From: Auanema rhodensis
Taxonomy: Eukaryota > Animalia > Nematoda
NCBI GenBank assembly: GCA_964057225.1
Contig: OZ059898.1
Coordinates: 4,650,001-4,714,000 of the forward strand
Direction of reading: 5' to 3'
DNA: 64,000 nucleotides
The stretch's first letter is position 1; each line of letters begins with the position of its first letter. A model generated the notes under the pieces. That model was not told the origin of the DNA. It ran no database searches and saw only the letters and a program-made list of their open reading frames with translations. Positions 28,488-41,658 of the stretch are shown in pieces. The position numbers and the translations under genes were made by a program.

Positions 28488-28891
28488 AATTGAAATAAAA
28501 ATCTTACAAGAGCTAATATATTTGAAGACAGCCAGAGTAACTTTCGAATGGAACTCTTGGCAAATTGCTCCTGGCATAAAATGACCGGAAACGAAAGTTT
28601 TATAACGGAAAGGTTCCCCATAACCATAATTCCACTTCAATAACTATGAAATTTATCGATTCATTCAAGTTGCTTTGAACTATAAAGCTAAGCTAAAATA
28701 TAAATGATAATCATAGTATATTAAACTCGGACTCATCTTATTTTACTAAATTTTTTGGTTCGTTACAACTAACTTCACGAAATTTTGATGTAGTCTTTTT
28801 AAAATTCTTCATTTGAAAAAAACTACTCCCTAGATATCACATTACATATTCTATATTTGCTATACTTCGCTCAAGCTGAATGCTATGGCTG

Positions 28892-28966
28892 GTACTGTAA
28901 CCGTTTACTAATAACAGTACGTATGTACGCGGTTTACAGTACGTTGTATTTTAATACTGGCGGGAA
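28892..28966. promoter_or_regulatory. Inverted repeat plus E2F/DREAM-like site in the brc-2 / membrane-gene bidirectional promoter
   Basis: GTACTGTAACCG (28892-28903) and CGGTTTACAGTAC (28930-28942) are reverse complements apart from one indel. TGGCGGGAA lies at 28958-28966. Confidence 0.45.
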
Positions 28967-29076
28967 GCTAAAAGTTTCATATTAATGACATAATAAATTC
29001 TATTTGTTCTTCCTATTTTGAGAATAAATTATCTTATGGCGTATATCTAAATTAAAAGCAATTGTAGATAGTTTGG

Positions 29077-30838
29077 ATGGAACCAAACGAGTTGACTGGG
29101 TTTCAAACCGCTGGTAAGCATGAACCCATAACCGTATCACGACAAGCACTTTCTAATGCTAAAAGAAAATTAGAATACGATTCTTTCGATGAAGATGATA
29201 GTTCTTCAAGGTATTTAATGTCAAAATCAATGATCAATGAGTAAAAGTTGTGCTTAAGTGATTCATTGCCGAAGCGTAAACCTTTATCGACTCAGCCTGA
29301 AGTAAATCAAAATAATTCCAGCTCCATGTCAGTCAAATAGTGGATATTGTGTGAATTTTGTGTTTTTAGAAAGCCTGATTTATACAAACTGCAAAGTCAA
29401 GCATCTACATCAACGCAAAATAATTTTTCTGGTTTTTCCACAGCGTCTAATAACCCTATATATGTAGATCCGGAAAGTTTACAGAAGGTTCTAATGTGCT
29501 TATTCTAGCATTATACATGTAATGTTTAGGCTAGGAATAAGTTTTGTCCCGATGAAATGGATGAAGATTGGGAAAATTTAACACAGCAGATAACGTTAGC
29601 ATTAAAATTTTAAACTACTTTTCGTAATGTTTTGATAATTTTGTTCAGAAATTCTACATCAACGAAGCAGACTCAGCAAATAAGTACTCCTCTAATGAAT
29701 CTTCAAACAGTTAATTTTCCTGAATCACCAGTGGCTAGGTGAGAATAAATTCTATGTTGTTTTTATTAGCAGCTTGTAGTGTATCACAAAATTATGGAAA
29801 ACAAGGTTTAACAAAAAACTCCAAGAAAGGATTCGTATCTCCCTTAAATAAAAACTCCCCTAGTAGTTTTTCGTCACCTTTACTTAAGAAGTTTGTTATC
29901 GCATAAGATAGTAATAAAATACTCGTTTAGTTCACCATTAACATCTATAAGCAATCCTAATCCAGCAAAGCGGAGATTTTCAGCTCCTTTCCGAGCTCCA
30001 ACGTTTCTGACTTCTTCTGATAATTCGAATTGTAAAGAACTAAGTTGGCTGAGAAGTTAACGTATGTTTAATTATTGTTTATTTGCTTTAGTGTCTCCGC
30101 GGATTACTGATATAAAGAAAGATGAAACAGTTTTCACCCCCAAGTCTATTCCAACTATTTCAAGTATTCATCTTTTCACCTTCGAAGTCACTTTTTTACT
30201 TTCAGATAACGTAAGTGTTAGTATTACAAAATCTGAAAGTTTGAAAAAACAAACGGCAGAAAGTTCTTCTGAACGTCCTTTAGTTGTAGAACTCTGTGAT
30301 CTTGCTCAGTATGCTCATCGGAAAATAGGTTTTATTTTTCAAACTACCTAAACTATTATTCCTACTAGACTTACAAGGAACTATTATTTGCATTCGGATA
30401 AGAAGGAGAAGCTCTCCTTTATTTTTTGAATTGGAAGATGATTGGGAGAATACTGTGAGATGTGAAGTTTTCACTAAAAATGAAGAGGAATTTATATCTA
30501 AAATGAAACTAGGGGTCACTGTAACAATAAAGGGAGTATTCGTCAAAAATGTCAATGGTTTGTCTTTTAAGATTTTTTTTGTTTATGAATATTTATTAAG
30601 AAAATATATCGTTAGTTGTGAATGATGGTTCCATTTTAAGTTATGTATAAAGTAATTAACCGGTATGATCAAATAATTTTATATTCACTCTTAATCTAAT
30701 TTTATAGTTTAGACTCGATTGCGTGTGGGTAATCCAGTTTCTATACATATTGTTTATAATGAAAAGAATAGTCTACTGTTGAATACTCTTAGTTACCCAA
30801 AGGCACTATTTTGTACGATTTCACTTTTTTTATACTGA
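29077..30838 (+). CDS. brc-2: Short BRCA2 ortholog: two BRC repeats plus a C-terminal OB-fold-like domain
   Basis: GFQTAGKHEPITVSRQALSNAKRKL and GFSTASNNPIYVDPESLQKARNKF match the BRC F-x-TAS/G...V...L-x-KA consensus. The C-terminal beta-rich LQGTIICI...FELEDDWENTVRCEVF...LGVTVTIKGV is OB-like. The 3' end is uncertain (stop at 30650, or 30838 via a further exon). Confidence 0.78.
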
Positions 30839-31319
30839 TTTGTTCTCGGTTTATCGTGACTGAGGTTTTTAATTTATTTCTTTTTTTTTCTGACTTCAAT
30901 TACAAGTCGAACTTATAAACTGTGTTATTTTTATTTGTTACATAATTTTTACTGAAGAACAGTTTTTATTTAATCTTCTACCAATTGAATATCAGTGCAA
31001 GCAATAGTCTTTATAAATTTTCGAATAAAGAAACTAATATATTTTTCTTATTAGCACATAAGCACGTTTCCAACATAGATTTTGTAAGAAATCTGTTATA
31101 ATTGGCAAATTTATATATATATATATATATAGTATCTTTTGGCACTTAAGATTTAGGAAGAGTCAAAGAAAAGGTGCTTGGTATCGAGCTGGCGCATATA
31201 TAGTGGGCGCGTCATTGGTGTCGGTTGTATTTTTCCTTCGCTGTGCAATCAGTTTTTCTTATTTTTAAAGACTATAAGTTTCAACCACATTTATTATAGA
31301 CCTTTCACTCTATTTCAAG

Positions 31320-33253
31320 ATGTCACATGGACATTCGCATAATGGAGAAGACTGTCATGGACATTCTCATGGTGCTGGATCGTCGGAAGACCCTAAAGTG
31401 ATATCTTTGAAACAAGTGAGCTAGATATTTTCATTATATATTAAATTGGTTTGTCTCAGGCTATGGCTCTCCAACAGCTATCTAAGCAGTTAGGAGACTT
31501 CGAAGTGGAAGAATCAATAAATAAAAATTTTGTGTTTTGGGATACTCAACCCGTTCCTAAATTGGGTATGTAACTATATATCATTTTGTTGTGAAAATCG
31601 ATCACGTTTTTTGAATATTCTGATCTAAACAAATTATTATTCCCAATAAAAACTATATGTTGAATTTTTGGAGTTAACTAAATTTTCGAAATTTTCTTCT
31701 GATTGTTAAATAGCAAACTGCATTTAAATATTACAGATGAGTTAGTTGGTGATGATGTTAATACTTTCATTGAACCTAATCTTCCACTTGATAAGGTAAC
31801 TTTCGTATATTGAATTGTTTTTTTATTTGAATTTATGCAGATTAGACAGGAGCCATACTCACTTCCCGACTCTTTCATGTGGAGTGATGTAGATTTGAAT
31901 GACGAAGTTGAGCTCAAGGTAGGTGGTCGAATAGAAATGAAAATAAATAATATAAATAACTTTTGTGTTATAGGAACTGTACACTTTGCTCACTGAGAAT
32001 TATGTGGAAGATGACGACAATATGTTTAGATTTGATTATTCAGCTGAATTTCTCAAATGGTAAGTACGTTGTAATAATACATATATTAATTTACTTATTT
32101 AGGGCTCTTCAAATTCCTGGTTGGTTGAAGCAATGGCACTGTGGTGTTCGTGCTAAGCAAAGTGGCAAACTTCTTGCTTTTATTGGAGCTGTTCCTCAGA
32201 AAATTCGTGTTCACCAGAAAGAAGTAAAAATGGTTGAGATCAATTTCTTATGCGTTCATAAGAAATTAAGGTATACATGTTTAATGTTTAATTTTATTAT
32301 TTAAAATTCTATTAAGATCAAAACGTGTAGCTCCGGTGCTTATTCGTGAAATCACCAGACGTGTGAATCAACAGGGTATTTTCCAAGCTGCTTATACCGC
32401 AGGAATTGTAATTCCTAAGCCAGTTGCCATTTGCCGGTTAGAATAAAATAATGTCCTCATTTTATTCTTTAATTTGCAGGTATTGGCATAGATCTTTGAA
32501 CCCTAAAAAGCTCATAGAAGTGAAGTTCTCTCATTTGTCTGCCAAAATGACTTTAGCTCGTACCATCAAGTTGTTCAAACTTCCCGAGGTTATTATATAA
32601 CGATCTAATAATCTTAATTACATATTTAGGAGCCAGCAACGGCAGGATTGAGGCCTATGGAGAAGAAAGACGTAGCTTCTGCTTTCAAGCTTTTGAATGG
32701 ATATCTAACTCGTTTTGATTTGGCTCCTTCTTTCAACTACGAAGAATTTGAATATCTTTTCACACCCAGAAAGGATGTTTGCTATACTTTTGTTGTCGAG
32801 GTGATCTATTTTTTATATATATTAAGACTGTGGTCTTTTTAGAATAAGGGAAACGTTACTGATTTGATCTCTTTCTATTCATTGCCATCTACTGTTATGC
32901 ATCATCCTGTTCACAAGTCTATTCGTGCTGCATATTCTTACTATAATGTGGCCGGATCTGTTCCTTTCAAGCAATTAATGAATGATGCTTTGATTCTTGC
33001 ACGCAAGGTATTTCTATTGAAGTTCTTGAAATACTTCTTCTGTTTCAGTATGACTTCGATGTTTTCAATGCTCTGAATCTTATGGACAATCAGGATATTT
33101 TGGAAGAGCTGAAGGTGAATATATTTTCTTGTATTGATAATTTGAAATATTTAATTTAAGTTCGGAATCGGAGATGGTAATCTTCAGTATTATTTATACA
33201 ACTGGAAGTGCCCAAGTATGCCTTCTAAGAATGTTGGTCTCGTCCTTCAATAA
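31320..33253 (+). CDS. nmt-1: Glycylpeptide N-myristoyltransferase
   Basis: MSHGHSH..., [67 protein letters not shown]...GLVLQ*. Confidence 0.97.
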
Positions 33254-36200
33254 ATCAAAGGTATGGTATGGTATTAATTAATAATTATTGTTATCCGTTA
33301 TTTGAAAAAAATTGAGTGCGCTTAGGTAGTAGAATAGTATGTAGCTCTCTGTATTCAATTCATTGTTATGTGCATCAACCGTTATGTAACTTTCCAAGCC
33401 TATATTTCTGTGTTTGTTCTTATCCTTTTTGTTTTTTTTCAATAAAATGATCTTAAATTTTTGTTGTTGAGACATAATCTTTTTCTATCCTAATAGAATA
33501 TATTCTTATATATCTATATCGTATTGGGGTAAAGCAAAAAAGGATAGAATAACATGAAGAAGCATATTTCAAAAGTGTGCATTAATTTGAATATCTTTAT
33601 ATTCTCAGTAAGATGGAGATTTGAAAAAAAACATTAAAAGTAGAATTTGTATCTTTTAACTTGTTGAAGATTCTCGTGTTTATAAAAAAAGGTGTGCTCT
33701 AATAATTTTTATTAGAACTTATCATGAGGTTGGGGCACCAAAAGTTTTCTTTAAAGATTTCTTAAAATATTTACTATTTGTGATAATGCTGTTTAAATTA
33801 TATCTAGATGTCGTACTAAGACATTTTAATAGGATTGATGGACAAGGTCTAATGTTGAGAAGGTATTACTTATTTATTTTGAGCCTTTTCGTCTAAAGTT
33901 TCTTTTCCTCGTTTTCCACATTAGACCGACTCTGAGGGTGCGTCGAATCGATCGAGCCGTCTGGTGGTTGTTTTGAGGAAATAAACGTCTATTGCTAGCA
34001 CGTGAAGCTTTCATAGACACATAGTAGAAGCATAAACTGTTTCACTTAAAAGACGGGAGCTGAGTAAGGTTCTCGTTTTTCAAACCTGTTATCATTTTCG
34101 ATTAATTTCATGCTTTATTCGAGTAACCTTTTTTTAAGTTCAACTATGAAAAAGAAAGAAGATATATTTTGAAAAATTTGAGTTCCTTATAAGGCGATTA
34201 AACCTTAACCATATTGGCCTAACTTTTTCTGTTTTGTGCTATTGTAGTATAGTTAGTAAAATTCGTCATTTCTAAAGCATGCTTCAGATTTGGATTTGGC
34301 TATAACGAATTTTATTTCTTAGTGCTTTATTTCAAAGAATAATTTTCATGTTAATTGTTGTATTTATGTCACACTTCTTATAACATATTTTTCATTTAAG
34401 GTTAATCGGTGTTAGAAACACATCATAATTTAAGAAAAAAAAACAAGTTAGGCTTTTATTTGTTAGAAAAACTTCAAACGAAATGACAAAAACATATGTA
34501 AAAAGAAGAAGATTCTTTACATGTTTTTCGAAAATTCTTTGTCACTCTCATACCATCATCTACTACTAATGCTATTTTCCGCTATTGCTTCCTTTTTCGT
34601 CCAAATTCTCTACATTCATCTGATTTATTCCCTTTCTTTTCACTAATATTCATTATTTACAAATATATTCTATAAAATAAAGTAATCAAATTTATTGATC
34701 TGATTAATTGTTTTTTTTCCTATGTGGTTTTAAATGTTTCCGTCATTGATACCATAACAACTTTTGCATTAGTTACCTGTTTTCTTGAATCTCCTTTATT
34801 TTAACTTTACTTCATATTATTTCAAATGTTTTGGCTGGTTTCCAGTTTGTTCTCACCTTTTCAATACTTCACTTAAATTCTTTTCAAACATAATTTTGAA
34901 AACTTTTGTATCTTCTCAATTATTTCAGAAGTATGGCAAGAAATACATAAATTGCTATACAGCCTTAAAAATTACAATAAAAGGAAAAGCTTAGATAAAC
35001 TGTGTTGTCCTGCTATTTAGTTGGACAGAATAATATACATATATTTTTCTATTTTGGTATTTGAATAAGAGAATTTTTAAAAACTGTGATTTACAACCGC
35101 TTAGCACGTTCATTCAGCTCTAAATGAACCTAAATTAGTGTAAAATTGAAACCTACATTTTTCATTTGTATGTGTTGTTGATGTTTTTAGTCGTGTCATA
35201 TGTCTCAAATATTTTTTTCAATATGATAGTGTTATCTTACCTAAATATTTTGCATTTTGGCACCAAAATTAACATTTATAGAGATATTTTTCATTTTAAA
35301 CAATGTTTTATACATTTATTATATCTTTTAATATCTTAATGTATATTAACTACATACTCTTTATGTGTTTACTTAAAATCAAATAATTTATATCATATAA
35401 AATATGGGGACTGAAACTTCACAATTGGATAAATGTAGGGAAATAAAGTTAAGGTCATGATCATCATGGAACAATTTGAAAAAAAAAAGAAAATATATAG
35501 ATACATTTTTATATTTTTACTATTTTATTTCATAGAACTAACATTCACAAAATGGTGCTTTTATAAAATTGAAAACAATTTCAATTGATCAGAGCAATGA
35601 TACCATCAAAAACAAAAGTAGATTAAAGGATGGAAGACTAAATTTGTTATATTTATTTTTTAATATATAATACTTAGGAACAATTATGAATAGTTATGAA
35701 CTTAAGTGCGTATGCATAATAATTACCATGAACTTGTCTAATTCCAGTTTTTTTCACCTTTTTATTCAATTGTAACTATTTTATACTTCGATATTTGATC
35801 GATCTATGTATTACGCAAAATCCAAATACACACATCAGTTTTAACACTCATTCGTTCGATTTGGAATCAGTCTTTGAAAAGATGTTACATCTAGTGAACA
35901 ACGAATTGAAAATAAGTATTCATAATCGGTTCTCATCAATACCCACAGTTTGAGGTTGTTTTTCCTGTTATTATGATCTATCTCCAAGAGGCATTACCTT
36001 CTTTTTGCTATTTTTTGCGTTTGCGCTAATGCAAATCTAAAAGAAATTATTCTTAAAAACAACAACTTTTTTTTCTTAATATTGTATGTATTTTGAACAC
36101 TCTATTCGGATATTTTTAATTTATTATTATCAAAGTTTTTTTGAAAAAAAAAAAGAAATAGTCACTTCTTCGATACATTCAATTATTAAAGTTGTTTTTC

Positions 36201-38393
36201 TCTATAATTTTTTATTTTCATTGTTGCATTTAAACGAGAAAGGTCAAGTAAGAGGTATTGAGCAAGTTTTTGACAATCATTAGAATTCAAAAGAGACGGG
36301 GAGCTAAAAATTTTTTCTTTTGCAATAATCAACTATTTATTTAATTTAAATAAAATATTATAATATTATAAAAATCCTCAAAGATTATAGCCAACATAAT
36401 ATTATAATTACAGGAATCTCATTACTATATTTCAATTGTATCATTATAGAAATAATTTATTATGGTAAGCCAACCAAATTTGATTTACTAGCTCTATCTA
36501 AATGATAGAATTGTCTTCTCTTTGCATGAAAATTTGATATCATTGTAGTAATTGCTATATTAAAGAAAAAAATCTTTTTAGTTTTGGTGGTAGTGAAAGT
36601 ATTTCTAAAAATGTTTAACAAAATATTTCTTAGAAGATTATTACAACTTGAATATATACATACATATGTATGTATGTATGTATGTATATACATGTTTTTA
36701 TTTCTGTTTTTATATATTAAATAATACGTTTTCATACTTACCTCTTTGATTGCTGTCTGATGCACTTTTCAATGAAAAAGGGATTCCTAAATTCTACTAT
36801 ACTCAGTTCATTTCACTTATTTTGGTTGAAACCATTTCTAATATTAGGTTCTTCCAAATATACGTTTTTCTTTTTCTTTTTATGTTAACACTATACAAGG
36901 TTTCCAGACTCATAATACTACTACTACTACTACAATTCTCTTTGTTTTTTCATCTTGTTCTCTTTGATTTCCTCTATTTCTTCTTGTGCTTTTCCTATTC
37001 TTGCTACTCGCTTCTATCATTTTTTCCATGAAATATAGAGCAACAAGAGTAGAGGATATATGTATTAGAATGAATACATAAGACATATTCCATTTCATAA
37101 TTTCAAACATCATATTTAGAGATTCATGATGTACTTTTTATATTTTTCTTTACCCTTCAATACTTGTACTAGTTTTCATTCACATTGTATTTTCTTTTAG
37201 TTTTCTCAAAGATATCATATCTTCGTAGATACATATATCTATATTTACATTCTTCGTCTTCAAAAATCTTTACCATTCGTTTATATTTTCCATCATGCTT
37301 GTCTCATTTGTGTTCTTTTTCTTTTCGAACGACTGAATCTAGCAAATATAGAAAATAAGCCCATCAGAATGGGAAAAAAGTATGAAGAAGAAATTGGGTT
37401 GTACATTAGAAGCGATGTTGGCCTTGTTGCCGTGCAATGTCTGAAACATCGACCACGACGACACCGTCCTGCTTCAATCTGCACGGTGTTACTAAGTCAT
37501 ATGATCGAGAGAGAAAGAGATGGAAAGGAAAAATATATAGAGAGAATACGAGAGCATAACGTTTGAAAGTAAAGATGATGATTGTATAGGTAAATATTGA
37601 AAAAATAGGATTTTCTGCCATTTTTAGCAAAGTTACTGTAAAGAAAACAAACGAAAAAACAAACAAAATACTATTTTCAGAGAATTTGAATCGTTTTTGC
37701 TTTATTTTCTGTGGAAATTTTTTCCATTATTTTGAAAAGTATGTTAAATGTTTGCAAAAATATTATTTAGCAGTAAGAACAGTACATCCGTCCTGATGAT
37801 CATAATAGTTGTTTAAACATTTATTATTCATTACAGCCGTTTGCGTATCATCATTTAAACATATTGGTATGTATGTTAGCTGATTAATGAAATCAGATTG
37901 TACCTATGTAGATTACAATTTCTAATTTAATAGCTAATGATAGAAGGAAGAATACTTAATAGATAAGAAAAAGAAATGGAGTGACAAGATAGATGCCGAA
38001 GTGAAATATAAATGAAAGGTTGTTGAGAGTCTATAAGATTTATGAGATCGATGAATACGCTCATTCTTTATCCTCCTTCTTCGCTTAGCTTTTCACTAGT
38101 AAAACGAACAGATACGCCGGCAACAATTTTTTGAAAGAAAGAAAAATCGAATTTCGAACGAGTTACAAAACAGATGAGCAACTCTCTAAGTTTCAACATG
38201 TAATATTAAAGTTTTTGTGAAAATTTGTATTACTGAATCGTACTAATTTTGTTAGAAGTAGTAATTTATTTATTATTCTTCATGTTTCTGTTCACCTAGT
38301 CGATTTCTTCTTTTTACTCATTTTTCTGATACCATCGTCGTTTTCTCCTGAATTATGTTCACAAAATGTCTTAACTAAAAGTCATATGACGAC

Positions 38394-38409
38394 TGACGTC
38401 ATCACGTGA
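38394..38409. promoter_or_regulatory. Back-to-back CRE (TGACGTCA) and E-box/CLEAR (TCACGTGA) palindromes
   Basis: TGACGTCATCACGTGA is present literally in the long non-coding region upstream of the AMPK-gamma gene. Confidence 0.5.
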
Positions 38410-40613
38410 GCTCCCTAAACAGCAGTTGATCTAGTTGAACATTTGGCTATCATACAGATGTTGCTTAAAAAGCCAAAAATTACGATCAGTCATTTACAAA
38501 CTGAAGTTCCCTAAGAATAAAAACTGAAAAAAAAAACGTTTATGAAAGAGAAAGTAAGCATGTGTACGTGAGATATATGTACATGTAATTGGTCAAAATG
38601 TTTTAGAAAAAGATAATAAAAATGTAATTTCTTAGACTTTAAGACCAAAATGATTAGCATAGCAATTGATTTTCGAATGTAAGTATTGATAATTGGATAT
38701 TAATTTAAAATTTGTATTCTTATATATGAATGTGTGTTTAAGTAGAATCTGATTAAGAATATAAAAGAAGAAGAATGAGTTATATGCTAGGGTTAGTATA
38801 GTCGAAAAGGATTAAGCATAGAGTAATGAATATTGAGAGAGAATGTAAAAGGAAAAGGAAGTTCATATGAGAAAACACAAAATATGTTGAAGGAGAGAGC
38901 ATAAATCTGCCAATGACCTTAGATCTCAAATATGGCTAGTGGTCTCTTCTTTTAGTCGATTGTGATCATTTTTTTCTCCATTCGTCACTTAAAGCAATTT
39001 CTATTTTTCATCTGTCGTTTCTCGTTTGTTCTCTCTTATGCTTACATACTCTCACCTTCTCATAATATTTCTCTATTTTTGTAGTCTTTCTTCTCGTCTT
39101 TATTTCATCCAAAAGCATGCTCTCTTCTGCTAACTATTTTTATTCCACTAGTCTCTTGTCCCTCCCCCGTAGTGGCAGCCTCTCTCAATGTCATCTAAGT
39201 CAGAGGCAATGAGCTTAGCTCAAAAAGGCTGTTTCGTCTTCAGTCTCTGACCAGAATTAGAACCTGCTTAACCAATTTGCACATGATCGTGGTTCTAGAT
39301 CTTTACAAACACATGTATTACCAAGCACATCTCTATGTTCGGGCAAGCATGCTCACATACACATCATCATTTTAACAATAAAATTAACTACTAATTATTG
39401 CTTCAAAATTATTTGTTCAAATTATTCGAATTTAATTTTAAAAAAAATATAAGATGACGCTTTCAATTGAAAAATGTCGTTGTGTTTGTCATCATATACA
39501 TTATTATTATTATTATTTATATGTAACTTTTTCTTTTTTGACAAGCTAAATTGAAGATTACGAAAAAAGTGACAAAAAAAATATTTTGTTGGAATAATAC
39601 GAGAAAGTGCTGTCATTTTTCTTCTTAGTTTGTACTTCATTGACTATCTATGACAGAAATCTTTTATTTTCTTCTGAATTTTATCTGGAAATAAGACATC
39701 TTTTGCCAATTTTGTTATATTTTTATCATGATTTCTTTGTTTTTTTTGTTTTTAACAAATTGGAAACATCTGACTTCCTGTCTTCTCCTTTATTTTGCTT
39801 GCCACTTCTATAGTCATACCAATGTGATTAGAAAATCATGAAACTGTAAAGACGTTATTAGCATGGCGGTGCTAGGAGTATCAAAGATCGGAATATATGC
39901 TCGACCAGCAATGGCATGATACTTCATTTATAACCATTGTCACGAGATTCTCTCGATCTCTATCTCTCTCTCCATGTCTATCTTTCTCTATCTCTCCCCT
40001 GTTTTTCTCTCTTTCTTTTCTTTTTTTATGTTCTATTTCTTTATCCTAACTATTTTATGTGAGCAACTCATTTAATACATGAAATCAATTCAATTTTGCT
40101 TAGTGGTCAATTTTGATATAATAAGAATAAAATTAACTCTTCCAGCATTAGTTCTCTCTCTCGTTTCAAAAATAGTTGAAGAACTATTGAAGCTTCAGAG
40201 TATACAACATAGTTTTATTCAATATTTCAAATTTTCATATGATAGTAATGAATTTAATTTAATTTTAAATATTCAATTTGTTACAGTTTTATACAAACGA
40301 TGAATAATCTATCGGTAACCTCATGTATGATTTTGTTGAATCATAAAAATATATTAAAATCAACGATTAAACATAGATTCAATATACATATACACCTATA
40401 TAGGCTGTGCTAATGCTAACAAATTGTAAAATTAATTTTTATTTTCGTATGAAAATACGATTGTTGGTTGAATCAGTTAGTTTATGTCCTCGAAAACAGT
40501 AACTGGACATTTTATGAAATTCAAATGTGTCTAACAGATTATTCTGTTTTCAAGGTTACTTCTACTTTTTAGGTTTTCCCTTTTCTATTTCTCTTTTGCA
40601 TCCTCCTTTCACT

Positions 40614-40624
40614 TACTCTCTTTT

Positions 40625-40685
<61 letters not shown>

Positions 40686-40721
40686 GTCGCTCTCTCTTTC
40701 TCTCTCTCGCTCTCTCTCTCT
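40614..40721. repeat. (CT)n microsatellite; similar runs near 41083-41118 and 42563-42583
   Basis: Imperfect CT dinucleotide tract. Confidence 0.9.
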
Positions 40722-41658
40722 TTTTGAGGTTCAATGTGCTAGCAACTCATCCTATATCTCCTATCTGTTATTCATTTTTCAACATTTTCTCATCATGTTG
40801 ATCGTGATTGCCTTCTATTTAACCTCATAAGAATACTAAATGTCTTACGAGAAGATATATTATGAAAACTAAAATGTAAATACATATATAACATTAACAA
40901 AAAAAATGTTCACTGAAGAATAAAAGCAAAATGGATATACTGATAACCACAAAATAAAACAATGGTTATTTTCTAAAACAAAATTTGAAGGTATATGTCT
41001 ATTATTTTGTTCTTTCTCGTTATGATAGTATCTTACATGCCTCTCTTATTTTATATTTTAATTCTACCTCTCTATTTTCATTTCTCTTTCTTTCTCTCTC
41101 TCTCTCTCTCTCTCTCTTTCTTGTTATTCATCGAAAAATGTTATGTAAATGTGTTGCTCATGCTCTTTCTCTTTCTTTCTTTGAATTTGATTGTAATACT
41201 TTAATTTATTTGAAACATTTGCTCATCCGTGTTTAATTAACATATTGATTTCATATTTCATGTTTATATTAAAAATATTTTCATTTAAGTTACTCATTTT
41301 TGTTTTTATCATAAGAATAATAACAATAACAATGTAGACTAAATATTTATACACTACGATATATTCTTTTTCAACTTATATATTAAACTTTTTTTTATAT
41401 TTTAACTAAACAATATTCATATAATTAATTTCTTACGTCTTTATTTATATATAATCAAGCTTTATTATAATTTCATTAATGTGCATATTTATATTTATTC
41501 ATCGTTTATAATGATTGTTATGTATAAATCGGTGCCAATTATGATTTCTTCTCTTGTCTTCTTTTTAATCAGATTTTGAGATTATAATTTATAATTTTAC
41601 ATTTTTAGAGTGTAGTCATAGTAAAAAAAGAGGCTCTTGTGAGTGAGAATAGGCTCGC

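Noticed and set aside
33920-34025. Possible H/ACA snoRNA (AAATAA, hairpin GTCTAT...ATAGAC, then ACA)
   Set aside because: The 3' hairpin is only ~32 nt and cannot place a pseudouridylation pocket 14-16 nt from the ACA box.
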